Shown here: positions 50,339-63,454 of the stretch, in pieces
Numbering within the stretch: position 1 is the first letter of the stretch
How the letters are laid out: each line of letters opens with the position of its first letter
Source: Tubiluchus corallicola
Taxonomy: Eukaryota; Animalia; Priapulida
Direction: 5' to 3'
Length of the DNA: 64,000 bases
Assembly (NCBI GenBank): GCA_030141605.1
Contig: JAQGDQ010000639.1
Location: forward strand, 1-64,000
Notes under the pieces: model-generated
The model's database searches: none
The model's input: only the letters and a program-made list of their open reading frames with translations
Told to the model about the DNA's origin: nothing
Position numbers and translations under genes: made by a program

Positions 50339-51299
50339 GTATCAGTTTTTGATTTAGTGCAAAATTATATTGTCAGTGTTCTAGTATGTTGCGCGTGTGT
50401 CGTCTTTCAAATATAGAATATGCTTTTCACTCCGGGATTTGCTTTGAAAACAAAAGTTTATCCTGAAGAAAATGCTATTTTTTATTTCTAATGGCTTGTT
50501 CAGACTAGCAAGTTTTCCGCCAAGTAACTCGAAAGCACGTTCAGACTAGAAAGCGGCAAAACTTGCTGCAAGTTACTTTCTGACAGAAAGCGTGAAAGCA
50601 AGAGCGCATTCATAGGAGAATTCTCCTTGTCTTTTATTTCTAATGGCTTGTTCAAACTAGCAAGTTTTTTCACTAAGTAACTTGAAAGCTTGCTCACACT
50701 AGAGAGCAAAACTTGCTGCGAGTTACTCGCCGACAGTAAGCGCGAGCTGATCCTCCTTTCTTTACTCATTGCAAGAAGTGTCGAGAGCAACTAGCCGAAG
50801 CATTCACACTAGACAATAACTGTCAGAAAGATGGCAAAGGCGTTTCGACAGTAACATCCAAAACAGTTCATACTTGAGATCTTACTATCGGAGAGAGATC
50901 TCGCTGATTGTGAACGCTTATGCGGGTTTGTTATGCTAGATTGGAGAAAGGTCGTCTTCACTTTTTTCCTTTTTAATTTTAAGTATTCGTCTTATCCTAT
51001 CCATCAAATTATCAAGAAAATGTTCAAAAAACACTAAAAATCTAATTTTATAACCCCTACCCACTTTTCTGCCTGAAACTAGTACTACAATTGTAAAGAA
51101 ACTTGTATTTTCAAATTCCGATAGTAGCGCGTGGAAGCAGTCATTTTGCTTCCATCATTGTTTTCCTCCCCTTCTCTCTTTCATCCCAACTACTGCTCGT
51201 AGAGGGCAGCACCTTCCTATCAATAAGTGTCAGCATGCATATTGCAGTTGCAGACAAGGTGTGAAATAAACGAAGTTGTTTTACCTCTCTTTCTCTCAG

Positions 51300-52137
51300 G
51301 TTGACTTTGGCAACATCAATACTCTGAGTGCCGGACAGCGATGTCGCGAGGAGCAGTTACGAATTCAGCGAGACAACCGACTGCGAGAAAAAAGCGCTGC
51401 CATCTGCAGGGAGATGCAGGAGATGGGGCCGGACGTCGCCGCCACGTTGACCCAAATGGAAAACTGCTTTAACTTGCTACTTCCCAAGTCCGGAGAGGAC
51501 GATATCGATGTCAGGACCAGGACCAAGAACGACACGCCTGCCAAAGTTGAAGAGAAAACACCGGTGAGTGTAGAGGATATCAAGAACTCTGATGTTGATG
51601 ATGACAACGACGAGGCCGGTACTGGTGATGAGCAAAACGGTGATAAGATAGCACCTCATGACGATAAGAAACAAATCTTTACTTATGATTATAATTCTGT
51701 TGACAATGGTAAAGACGATGATCGTATCGAGCTCAAAGAAAGTCTTGAGAATGAAAATCAGTTTGATATGGAAGATACCCGCTGTACTAACGGTGCAAAC
51801 AATCAAACGGATGATGGACGTGCAGGTGGCGGAAAAGAACTTGACAGTCCTGTGCAATTTACCACCTCTGATGATGGTGATACTGTTGATATTGTTGATG
51901 ACGGTGAACCTGGAGACGAGGCAGAAGTTTTTGACAACGAGAAGCACTTCGTTTCCAACGTTGAGGATGATGTAGTCAGTGGAAAAGACCTCGGCATTGG
52001 CAAAAGCCTCATTCAAGATTCCGGTTGTGGTAGTTCAGGTGTAGGCAATGTTGACGATCATGAGGAGGGTAACAGAAGTCTCAGAGAACACGGACTGCGA
52101 AATTACAACTACGAATTGACCATTGAAATAAATCCAG
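51300..52137 (+). CDS. UVSSA: UVSSA coding exon 5 (with long acidic linker)
   Basis: VDFGNIN...EMQEMGPDVAATLTQMENCFNLLLP...LREHGLRNYNYELTIEINP. Confidence 0.9.
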
Positions 52138-52619
52138 GTCAGTATGTATTATTTACAATATGTAGCGATGGTTTTTCTGATACCATTTTGAACATTTTAG
52201 GTTCCAATCGAATTTGAATTAAAAAAACCCGTTTGGATCTGTCGTGAAGCTCACGAGTCCATCAATTTGTTAAATTGATTATTAGTTTGTTATAATCAAT
52301 CATAGTTATCAATAGGGTTATTGTACATGGATTTATGCTTTGAATGTTCATATTATTATATAATTTATTGACATTTATATAATTTATATGATAGCAAAAA
52401 CATAACATCAAGTTTGTACAAATATTTGGCTTTGAATGTTGTCCATACACAAAAATGTTTGAATATGTATACTGGTAATGCAATTTCTGCTTATCTTGGT
52501 CATGGAAAATCAATATTCTGTATTGGAAAAAGTCTTGGAAACGTTAGGGAAATTTGTTTTAAAACTCTGTAGGAATTCTGTAAAATATGTTGTTGTTGTT
52601 GTTGATGATATCGTTTCAG

Positions 52620-52732
52620 ACAAAGCAAAAGTGGTTGAAACTCTCGACAACACTGACGTCATTCATGCGCTTGATGACTTGTTTCACCTGCTCAATTCCA
52701 GATTAAAACCTGCCGTGTCAAATTGGGTTAAG
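52620..52732 (+). CDS. UVSSA: UVSSA coding exon 6
   Basis: KAKVVETLDNTDVIHALDDLFHLLNSRLKPAVSNWVK. Confidence 0.88.
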
Positions 52733-53000
52733 GTATGTACTTCTCTTTCCATCTGTTGGCCTGGTAATATTTTTTATCGTACACCCCGCCGGGCATTTCA
52801 TAATTTTTTATTTGTTCAAATGCTAAACCGATCATATAAAAGCATATTTTTTTAAATTTAAAACATAAAACACTTTGGTTATTATAACTTTGTTGTTTCG
52901 GTGAGGTCACAGCCATGTTTTTCCACGGCTACCTTTCGGCCAGTTTTGCCATTTTGTATGATGCTGATTCTGGTGGCTAAAAGTGTCATATTTTCTGCCA

Positions 53001-53483
53001 AATGGCTGAGTAGTGTTGCCGCTTATTCCAGTTAATAGCTGAGTAGTGTTGCCGCTTATTCCAGTTAATAGCTGAGTAGTGTTGCCGCTTATTCCAGTTA
53101 ATAGCTGAGTAGTGTTGCCGCTTATTCCAGTTAATAGCTGAGTAGTGTTGCCGCTTATTCCAATTAATGGCTGAGTAGTGTTGCCGCTTATTTAAATTAA
53201 TGGCTGAGTAGTGTTGCCGCTTATTTAAATTAATGGCTGAATTAGTGTTGCCACTTATTCCAATTAATGGCCGAGTAGTGTTGCCGCTTATTCCAATTAA
53301 TGGCTGAGTAGTGTTGCCGCCTATTCCAATTAATGGCTGAGTAGTGTTGCCGCCTATTCCAATTAATGGCTGAGTAGTGTTGCCGCTTATTCCAATTAAT
53401 GGCTGAGTAGTGTTGCCGCCTATTCCAATTAATGGCTGAGTAGTGTTGCCGCCTATTCCAATTAATGGCTGAGTAGTGTTGCT
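53001..53483. repeat. 33-bp minisatellite, about 14 copies
   Basis: aatggctgagtagtgttgccgcttattccaatt. Confidence 0.92.
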
Positions 53484-54480
53484 GCTTGTACTATAATTAT
53501 AAGAAAATATGTCCATACCATACAAACAAAAGGGCTATACGATAATCGATAATTTTACAATAATTTTGTTTTGCGAAACAAAAGAACTAAAAAACAAATT
53601 GTGAAAAAATGTACATTGAAAAATTTAAAACATTACTGCTAACCAGTGGGAAATAAACAAACTTTGATTTAAAATGTTTTTAAATATTACGCGATTCAGC
53701 TTTAAACATTCACAAAGTTTCGAAAAGATTTCTTTTGAAAAAAATCCTCCCTCCCTACTGACACCTTTTCAGCTCATGAGGTAAGACAGAAATAATTGTT
53801 TTGCGGCCGGCCTTGTTGGTCCTACTTAAGTTTTCCAGTAAACAACTTCTGTGGGGGTACCAGAGGTGCCTGTCAACTGCCGAAGAGCAAGATGAAAAAC
53901 ATTTAAGATAAAAATGTTCAAAAACCATGTGAGTACATTTTTTATTTAAAGCACAATAAAACGCAAAAAAAAGTTTAAAAAATCCGCCTTGAGATCACTT
54001 ACATCTTATTACACACAGGGCTTGTGTTGGCAGTAACACTGTACAAAACTTGTAAATTTAAACACCCGTGCTGATCTCCAGGTACAGCCATTTTAACAGT
54101 CAGTCATTTTAAACAACCTTAGATAACATTTAATAAAAAATAATCAAAACATTCCTAGCATACAATTAACATTTAAATACTTCATATTGCCAGTAAAGAT
54201 CAATAATATCTTTTTTGGTGAACCGGTGGTGCACACTGGGATGGCATGGATGACGTTTTACCAAGTAGCGCAAATATTTATAATTATTAAGAATTTTCTT
54301 TTCTATAAGTAGTATAGCTTTGTATGGAAAGTTTTTTACGACATAGTTTAAAATAGGATTGTCTTCTCCTTTAACATTTAAAAATCTATTTCTTCATTGC
54401 CGTATTTTGGTTTTGGCACGTTCCAGTTTGTCACCAGCCATGTATTTGGTTTAGGTATTGAGACAATGCTGTGTGTTTAG

Positions 54481-54622
54481 GTATTGACAAAATGTGGAGT
54501 GAACCAAGACAAACTCAAGCAAGCCATTGATTACAAGCAAGCAGTTGAAGCAGCCCGGGAGAAGTATCATGCTCTGGACATTCAAAGATTGACGGAGTCC
54601 CCGCGTAAAATGACCACAGCTG
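54481..54622 (+). CDS. UVSSA: UVSSA coding exon 7
   Basis: VLTKCGVNQDKLKQAIDYKQAVEAAREKYHALDIQRL...; AG/GTAAG. Confidence 0.88.
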
Positions 54623-54785
54623 GTAAGTAATGCAGTTAGCTGTTGACTTAAGCCACAGACGGTTCTGGCGGATTGTTCCTAAGATGATATTGAGTGAAAA
54701 CACGCGGCGCTGCAGTTCCACAGTACCTATAAACGAGCCGCCAGTGCTTCTGTTTGCACCATAACTGAAATTAGTGGACTATATA

Positions 54786-55843
54786 CAGTAAGTCCTCACT
54801 CAACGAAGCCAATGCGTTCCAGCAAAATGTGAAAGGCCATTAAACAAAGCCAATACTTCTCATGGAAAGTAATGTAAAAGAATTTGGATACGTTCCAGAG
54901 GCAAAAATCACTGCTGATTAAATCATATAAATTAAACGTTTTATAAATTTTACTCATGTTTCTACTGATTAATTTCTTTCTGCTTGCTTGAAACCAACTA
55001 TTTGTCTTATTTATCAAGCTAGTGGTTTCTTTTTTGTTTAATTTTAATTGTTTGAGTCTAGGCAGCGGTTAAACACTATACACTGCAGCAGAGTCAAAGT
55101 CAGGCGCTGAGGCGACCTTGGGGAATTTTATGTAGCAACTTAGTACGCATTAGTCTGGTTGCTGTAACAACGGGTTGCAGGCGATACTACTTCGCATAAA
55201 GTTTGCTTCTATGTCTTGCTTGATACAAACAGTTCGAGTTAGTAGTGAGTTAGGAAGCAGACACGTGTGTATCCAGATAATGATTGCAGTGTTTGATAAT
55301 GATTACCTAGATAATGATTGCAGTGTTTGATAATGATTACCTAGATAATGATTGCAGTGTTTGATAATGATTACCTAGATAATGATTGCAGTGTTTGATA
55401 ATGATTATCTAGATAATGATTGCAGTGTTTGATAATGATTATCTAGATAATGATTGCAGTGTTTGATAATGATTACCTAGATAATGATTGCAGTGTTTGA
55501 TAATGATTACCTAGATAATGATTGCAGTGTTTGATAATGATTACCTAGATAATGATTGCAGTGTTTGATAATGATTATTTAGATAATGATTGCAGTGTTT
55601 GATAATGATTACCTAGATAATGATCTACTAGTGCATTTTTAGAACAAAACAAGTCAATACTTGCTGTTCTAAGGCATCAAAGTAAGTAAAAAAGTTTTTG
55701 ATGAAATAGAAACTTGCTTTTGTACAGTGGAAAAAATTGTCGTTAAAACGAAAATGTGTCATTAAGTGAAAAATGGTGTCAAATCTTTAGCATCATTAAA
55801 ACGAAACGTCGCTAAATGTGGAGTCGTTAAGCGAGGACTTACT
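54786..55843. mobile_element. pogo/Tigger-like MITE with an internal 34-bp tandem array (55275-55624, about 10 copies)
   Basis: Left end TA-cagtaagtcctcactcaacg, right end cgttaagcgaggacttact; no transposase seen. Confidence 0.6.
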
Positions 55844-56058
55844 AAATACATGTATATCAGTAAGTCCTCGCTAAGCGACATTTCGTTTTAAAGTCGTTAA
55901 AGATTTGACACTTTTTTCACTTAATGACACATTTTTGTTTTAACGACAATTTTCTTCCACTGTACAAAATCGAAACATATATATACTGAATATATATATA
56001 TGCAGTAAGTCCATAAATGACTACATGTAAGTCCTCCCTCAATGACTAATGTATACAT

Positions 56059-56124
<66 letters not shown>

Positions 56125-56275
56125 ACAAATTTTCAGCATCATTAAAACAAAACATATATATATATACTGAATATATATATATATATTCAGGAAGTCCCCC
56201 TTTATTGACTCCCCATTTAGCGACATTTCGTTTTAATGACGCTGAACATTCACATACACATATATATATATATAT

Positions 56276-56326
<51 letters not shown>

Positions 56327-56515
56327 AACTCTTTGATTTACCTAAGTAAGACAAGCTCTCATAAGGTTTGTAATTGTGGGTTACGAATAATCGCAGTAGT
56401 GGTTAACAGCCAGAATGCTTAATGATCATCTTCATCTTCATCATCATCTAAATTAATTTTGTCTTTGCTGGAGCTTTGGTTTTTGATGTAGCTGACGGCT
56501 TGTTCTCTATTTTAG

Positions 56516-56617
56516 ACTCGGAAAGTGGAGACAGCGATTCGGATTTTGAAGAAGTACCCGAGAAAGAAGGCTACGAAGACTCAGTACCATCAACGAGTCA
56601 TTGCGATGTCACACCGG
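56516..56617 (+). CDS. UVSSA: UVSSA coding exon 8
   Basis: SESGDSDSDFEEVPEKEGYEDSVP (conserved DFxEVPEKEGYE motif). Confidence 0.9.
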
Positions 56618-57019
56618 GTGTGTTTTCTATGTTTCTCTTGCAGTTTAGGTATGCTGGGTCAGCGATTTTAGACAAGCACCCGGATGGGTGACCGAAAGCA
56701 AATGTCTTTTGTGACTGGGAGAGCGTTAGTTTGTGTTAAAATATTATAGCTGATTGTGACATGCAATATGAAATTGATTGTGTGTAAATGGCATTTGGTC
56801 ACTTTTCAGATAGTCACATTGTAATGTAAAGTTTAAGAACTAATTCACAAATCGCAAAACGTCAGTCAACCAGTGAGGGTGCACCTGGAGACGGCCTTTT
56901 AGCTCTCCCTTTGTCTTGCCTCCTCCTTCTTCATCTCATTTGTGCAGCAAAAGCAGCTTTCAAACATGTGCAGAAATTACATTCAAATTTATTGTGAGAC
57001 TTGAGGTCTAGTGAGTATT

Positions 57020-57280
57020 GTTATTATTATCATCAGCATCATCATCATCAGCATCCTCATCAGCGGCAGCGGCAGCAGCATCACTATCATCATCTTCATC
57101 TTCATTATCATCATCGTCATCATCATCATGAACAAGAACATTGTCTTTGTCATCGTCATCATCATCATTATCAACAACAACTCATTCGTCATCAGCATCA
57201 TTATCATCATCATCATCATCAACAACAACAACATCGTTGTCATCATCATCATCATCATCATCGTCTTCATCTTCTTCATA
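57020..57280. repeat. (CAT)n-type degenerate trinucleotide microsatellite, intronic
   Basis: Directly visible. Confidence 0.85.
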
Positions 57281-57545
57281 GAAAAATACTTGACTTTAAT
57301 CAAAACGAAAAGTGTAAAACTACGTCGTACCAAGCCAAGAAATTTTTTGACCGACAGTCGACGTGAGTACGACATATGGACGTCGGATATAAGTGACGAC
57401 TTTTTCCGGTCCCAACGTGTCCCTTATATCCTAGGTTGACTGTAATTGTTTGTACTAAAACTACATTGCTGTATATTTATACAAATAAAAGATTAATAAT
57501 AATAATAATAATTTTGAAACAGATGTTCAAATTTTTACTTTGTAG

Positions 57546-57708
57546 CTAGAAGACCCGTTCTACCAAAAAAGTCGGCATCGGAACCCGCTCGTTCGTTGCT
57601 ACTGCAGCGCAAGCGGCAAGCACTGGAGGAGCTGGATGCACTGGATCCGACCTCGTACTCCGCTACGTTGCGGAAGCTTCAGAAGAAGCTCGTAAAAAGT
57701 CAGAGCAG
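57546..57708 (+). CDS. UVSSA: UVSSA coding exon 9
   Basis: RRPVLPKKSA...LDALDPTSYSATLRKLQKK (DPTS motif); phases fit the neighbouring exons. Confidence 0.82.
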
Positions 57709-58458
57709 GTAACTACATTTACAACCTTGTATTTTCCACTAATAAGGCAGACTTCAGTTCAAACTGTCTCAGCATTCTTAGAGAGCGTTTGCATTTATTT
57801 CAGTGAGTAGTAAATCGTTAAGGCAAAACCGGACCCAGTCTTAACCTGTAGGTCAAAACAGTCTACTCTTCAAAATATTCAAAGGAAACATACTATTTTT
57901 TTCAAAAATGATTATTCAAACGTGAAAGAATTATTACCACACAAACACAATTTCACGTTCATGCCACTAGTTCTTTACTGTTACATGCATTTCATCATTC
58001 ATTAGTTAGACGGGCACTGGCACCTGCATTTTGGAAATGCATTGCGCAAAAAACAGGTGCTATACCTCTCACTTCAGATGTGTTAGTTTCTGACGAACTA
58101 CACGTGTTCGACCGCTCATCCATGACCACAGCAGTAAATTTGAAATTTGAGTTTTTATTTTAAAACTTGCCTAGTTTTATTACAACACACTGAATATCGT
58201 ACAGTAGCACTGTACCTCAATTTTTGCTTTCACAAACATGTGCAACACGCTCGTGGAATATTTTTGCTGTTGAAAATTATGTTAGTTTATGATGTCATCA
58301 ATAGTTGGGTTCGTCTGCCGTCAATTAAGTTTTTAAACTTTTATTTAATTATCTGAAACACTTTTGCACTATTAGTTGTGTTAAAATCGATACTTCTTAT
58401 CGCAAATTGGGGTAGTGTATAAAAATCATCCTGTCTTCCTATAAATGATTTTTTTCAG

Positions 58459-58650
58459 TTCCGCTGATCGCAAAACTTCCAACAGTCAGAGTTGTACCAC
58501 ATCAGCAACGGATGATGATCCGTCACCGACGAAGGATGGTTCTTCAAATAAGAAGAGAGATGCCACCCTTGCCAAAGCTCCACGGTTGTCTTTTGACGTG
58601 GATTTAGTGGACTGGGACAATCCGAATCCATCCGTCGCAACTGTGTTCCG
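58459..58650 (+). CDS. UVSSA: UVSSA coding exon 10
   Basis: ...KRDATLAKAPRLSFDVDLVDWDNP (start of the DUF2043-type region). Confidence 0.88.
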
Positions 58651-59772
58651 GTAAGTTCAAGTTCAAGTCATTTTAATGCTTATTTTGAAAGGAAAAGCGA
58701 ATCATTTGTAAACCAATATCAGCTGTGAAGAATCGACTGACTCTCTCCCTTGTTACAGTGAAGCCAAATGTAAACAATGCTTGTTGACAAAACCATGAGA
58801 AGCCTTGTTTTTGAACTAAGAACTGTTAAGAACACGTATTTTAAGTACCTGGCAACTCTGACAAGTCATTAACTTCTTCGGGACCACATTATTCAAAATA
58901 GTTCTTATAGGACCTATGACTTTCTGCTACAGTATGAGCACAGGCATAGCTAAATGATCACAAATTAGGTACTGTTCTATTCAGGAGAATCTAGGCTATC
59001 CAATCGTGCCATTTGTTTAAACATTTCTAAGTGACTCAATTGAACAAAATTGAGAAAAACACGTCCTTTTCAGGCACTTCAACTTAACACCTATCGAGTA
59101 GTTTAGTCTGGTGCACACTTGCGTGATCGATCGTACACACTAATTATTGATCACCTGCTTGCTACAGCTCAAGCTGTGCGGTGTTCTGTTTGTCTTCCAG
59201 GAAAAACCAACCCATCAGCCAACGACAAATTAAGGTCGTTTCACTTTCTAATAGGATTTTTCTTTAAAAATAGAGTAGACTTAAGCCAAAGTGTATCAGA
59301 GTGTTGTATCTGGATAGTTGAAATTTTTTGCACTAGCCAAGTTCACAGTGATATTGTACATTTCACCAAGTGATTTTGTACATTGCTACAGTGCAAATGC
59401 TGCATTAGCTGCAAGCCTTTTTCAATTTCTTTCGTCAAAAATCGACTTTTAATTTGTCTAAAGTATGCAAATGCATTTCACATATAATTTTGCCTGAAAA
59501 CCCATTTTGTGAGGAGTAAAAACCTACAAGAATGATCAAACGTAATGTAATCGATGTTTAATGAGAGCAGTTTTTCTTGTACCCGTGCAAAATGCAGCAG
59601 ACGATTATAGTTCTGAAGGAATTAATCAAGGGGGACACTGTGACATGAGTTTCTCACAGAAATGCTGTCAAGAGGTGCGTTGCTCTTTAATTCGAGAATT
59701 ATAAATCAATAAAAATAGACTGGATAAGAAATAATAAGCTCATCAAATATTTAAAAAAATAAGTTGTACCTA

Positions 59773-60328
59773 CTACGGCCAAATCACATTGAAAACACCG
59801 GTTCTCGTCTGAAGTTGAAGTTAAGCAACATAGAGCTTGGTTAGTGCTTGAATGGGTGACCACTTAGGAATACCAGGTGCAGTAGGCTTGCGGGATGCCC
59901 ACAATGTATCTCGACGCTAGGCGGAGGAGTTGTACAAGCAGCCAACGGCTAGAGGGCGGAGGAGGTCAAGTGACCCAATGGCCATGTGTAGAGGAGTAAA
60001 CCTTCCAAATCAGGAGTGGCGCCACGAAGGCGGACTAGTGCAGCATGTTCACTGACTCCGGCAGCTCCTGCAGCCAACCTGGTGCTGAACGTATCACTCA
60101 GCTTTCCTTTGGACTACACCAGGGAGGAAGAGAGGGGGTTCCTGTTATCTGGGCAACTCAGATTCTCCATTTACCTGGCCCAGGCGTGTGCCCTGGAGAG
60201 GCCACTCCAGTGGTTCAAGGATCGGCCTGCTCAGCCACAGTCGACGCTGCAGCTCCATCAATGTGGTCAATAACTGACTCTCTTGACACACATTTCATTG
60301 TCTTCCGAGACAGAAGGATGCCAACAAC
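59773..60328 (+). mobile_element. 5S rRNA-derived SINE (SINE3-type), copy 2, with target-site duplication
   Basis: 5S-like head, same body as copy 1, short (CAA)n tail; aagttgtaccta duplicated at 59761-59772 and 60329-60340. Confidence 0.9.
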
Positions 60329-60403
60329 AAGTTGTACCTATTCGTGACACCTTTGCTAAAAGTTTGACGTAGTGAGACAGGCTAACAGAATTTTCTGTTT
60401 CAG

Positions 60404-60461
60404 ACATGCTGATCTGAGTCGGTTTTGGACGTCAGGAGATGACCAAGAAAGACTTTCTAAT
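60404..60461 (+). CDS. UVSSA: UVSSA coding exon 11
   Basis: HADLSRFWTSGDDQERLSN (RFW motif); AG/GTAAG. Confidence 0.85.
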
Positions 60462-60519
60462 GTAAGTGTTTGAACCTCTTGTGATAATATGATAATAACC
60501 GACATCTGTTTCAAATATT

Positions 60520-60950
60520 AGTACTTGAAGCATTTGTGAAAGCATAATAGTAGTCGACATTGTTTGAAACATAAGTGCTTGAAGCATTTCCGAAAGCACA
60601 ATAGCAATCTATGTTGTTTAAATGTAGGTATTTGAAGTATTAGTGAAAACATAATGCTACTGTACATTGTTTAGACATTAGTTCCCTGAGGCATTTTTGA
60701 AAGCATAATAGTAATTGACGTTGTTTCAAATGTATGTGCTTGAAGCATTTCCGAAAGCATAATAGTAATCGACGTTGTTTCAAACGTATGTGCTTGAAGC
60801 ATTTTCGAAAGCATAATAGTAATCGACGTTGTTTCAAACGTATGTGCTTGAAGCATTTCCAAAAACATAATAGTAATCTACATTGTTTGAAAAGAAAGTG
60901 CTTGAACTATTAGTGAAAACATTAGTAATTTACCATTATTTGCAAACGTA
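60520..60950. repeat. 54-bp minisatellite, about 8 copies
   Basis: gtgcttgaagcatttccgaaagcataatagtaatcgacgttgtttcaaacgtat. Confidence 0.85.
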
Positions 60951-61074
60951 AGTGCATCATTTACAAAAACGTAACACTAATCTGCGATTGCTCAAACTGT
61001 ATGCTAAGTCAGTGTTTACGATTCTGATCGATGCTCAATGTGATCATGATTGCCATTTTGTTTTCCATGTCAAG

Positions 61075-61197
61075 GAGCTGTTAGCTTCAGCTAGAACACG
61101 AACAATGCCTTTCACTGGGAATTTTGAGCCGGTCAGACACACTTGTCGAGCTCCTCTTCCGTCCGGGAAGTTATGTCCGAGAAAAGATCGCTATAAG
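61075..61197 (+). CDS. UVSSA: UVSSA coding exon 12
   Basis: ELLASARTRTMPFTGNFEPVRHTCRAPLPSGKLCPRKDRYK (zinc-finger first half). Confidence 0.93.
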
Positions 61198-61914
61198 GTT
61201 TGTCAAACATAACGACGTATTCGTTATTTAAGATGAATGGAAAATATACATTTGCCATAAATATATATATATGTATATATATATATATGTGTGTGTGTGT
61301 GTTTGTTTGTTTGTTTACAAGGAGAACTTGAAGAATATAACACATGTTTCTTATCAGTCAATCATTTCTGCTTAATTCAGTATGTGATTATCTCTTGGTT
61401 TCTTGTTAATCCGTATGAGATCTTAAACCCTAATGAACTGCTGTCCGGAGCGCGATTAATGTAGCCCGTATTTCATTGTACTCACCGAGAGGAAATTTTT
61501 TTGTTCCTAGAGTTACTTTAAACTTATCTGTAGTACCAGGTTTGACTGCAGTGTTGCACTTGACATTTAGTAGATTAATTCTTATGTTTCTAATGTCAAA
61601 AATCATCGGTCAAGTTTGAACAGTGTTTTAAAAATTTAAATTAGACGTGACAATCGTATCTCCGTTTGCCGGACAAAAGTGCGGAGACGTCGGTCCGAAT
61701 TCTCCGATTGTCCGTATTTACAGATACTAAGCTAATACAGTAGGCACCGTGTATTAGACTCACGGTAATAGAATCAATCGTCTAATTGTGTCAAAAATGT
61801 CTAGTATGGGCCGCTCCTATGCAAAACTATGTAAAAACTGTCGGCACTTGACTCGAATAGCTCTGCACAATTGATTCAATATTTTATCTGCACATGCTTA
61901 AATAAGATACTTTT

Positions 61915-62225
61915 GTGTGACCATTGAGCTTTTATCCACTGCAATATATGCAGAAACAATCACGTTAAGTGCAATTTGTTTGTAAACAAGGTTTACCACT
62001 GTGACCAATGAGCTTTTGTCCACTGTAATATACGTAGAAACAATCACGTTAAGTACAGTTTGTTTGTAAACAACTGTGACCAATAAGCTTTTGTCCACTG
62101 TAGTATATGCAGAAACAATCACGTTAAGTACAGTTTGTTTGTAAACAACTGTGACCAATAAGCTTTTGTCCACTGTAATATACGTAGAAACAATCACGTT
62201 AAGTGCAGTTTGTTTGTAAAGAAGG
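61915..62225. repeat. 75-84-bp minisatellite, about 4 copies
   Basis: tgtgaccaataagcttttgtccactgtaatatacgtagaaacaatcacgttaag. Confidence 0.85.
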
Positions 62226-62467
62226 TTTACCTCTCATGTAATGATGCAAATAAAGAGATGACCTGGCAACTAGCAGCCAGCAGGATTATGTCCGTTGTAT
62301 GCCGGAACTTTTAACGGTCTAGATCTTGACCGACTGCAGTCCCAAAGGAGGTGGTATGAAGTGATTTGACTGTAATACAAGTCTTCAGCAATACTTCATT
62401 GACCGCAGCTAAAGCTTATGAGTGTATTCTGCTCTCGTGTTCTTTAAATCTGTAAACATATTTGCAG

Positions 62468-62570
62468 TGTCCATTTCATGGTGTGGTAATCCCGCGAGAT
62501 GAAGACGGCAACCCCGTGAAAACCACGGATGCGGAGAGGCTGGCGAAAGAGCTACAGGAAATGGAAGCAG
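62468..62570 (+). CDS. UVSSA: UVSSA coding exon 13
   Basis: CPFHGVVIPRDEDGNPVKTTDAERLAKELQEMEA. Confidence 0.94.
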
Positions 62571-62926
62571 GTGAGTGTCCGCTTAATTACCTACTGCGGC
62601 AGCTATGACTTGTAACCATGGCAACTAATTGATTGTGTTGAACATGATAAAAAGTTATTTTCAGTTCAGTTTGACTCCAAATGTTTATCTGTATGTCACA
62701 AATACCGAAATACAGGGTGTCTCAAAAGTCACTATACGCTTTTATTCTAATTTTCTTTTTTAGATATTCCTCCAATTTTTGCACAAACTTTTACACGAAT
62801 CAAAGGGGCCTAGATCTATATTTAGATTGGATCTAGATTTATTGTATACAATGCCAATGTGTACGTGTATCTACAGAAAAATATGTAAGATACAAAGTTT
62901 ATAAATCATCAGCGCATAAATGACCT

Positions 62927-63230
62927 TTCTTCTTCTTCTTCTTCAAAATCTCATTCCGCATTTTGTAGGCATTGAGGTATCAACATTTATCAAAGTATTC
63001 CACCCACTTCTATCTGCAGTTAATGGCGTAAGTTCCTCTACATCTTTATTTATCTGAGCTATCGAAGTTGTTTTAGGTTTACCAGGTGGTTTTTTTGCAA
63101 AGTTTTGAGGCTTTTAAGGCGATTCTTACTGGTGCTTCATTTGGTAATCTTAGTAGATGTCCTAGCCATCTTAATCTTCGGATCTTGACTTTTGAACTCC
63201 AATAAATTTCTTTTGTTTTGATGTATAAAT
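62927..63230 (-). mobile_element. 5'-truncated RTE-clade LINE with (GAA)n tail
   Basis: LYIKTKEIYWSSKVKIRRLRWLGHLLRLPNEAPVRI...PPGKPKTT, then gaagaagaagaagaa. Confidence 0.8.
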
Positions 63231-63454
63231 GGATGGGTGACCACTGGGTTCTATATTATACATTCCATATGACTTCTGCTATACTGCTTATGTGTATTTT
63301 ATTTTGCCGAGGATGTGTCCACATCCCCTGATGTGGCTGAAACGTCTTGGCCTGTTCACTGTCTCATTTTAGAGGACTGTTTTTGATAGGCATGGTTCCT
63401 GTCCCGCCACCATACCATTAAGTGTCGGATTCAAAAACTTTGTCATTTTTTTAG

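Noticed and set aside
46235-55624. CRISPR-like arrays
   Set aside because: Head-to-tail units without unique spacers, eukaryotic intronic context, no cas genes.
56989-57439. His-, Ile- or Met-rich ORFs (also 15288-15684)
   Set aside because: (CAT)n microsatellites inside introns.
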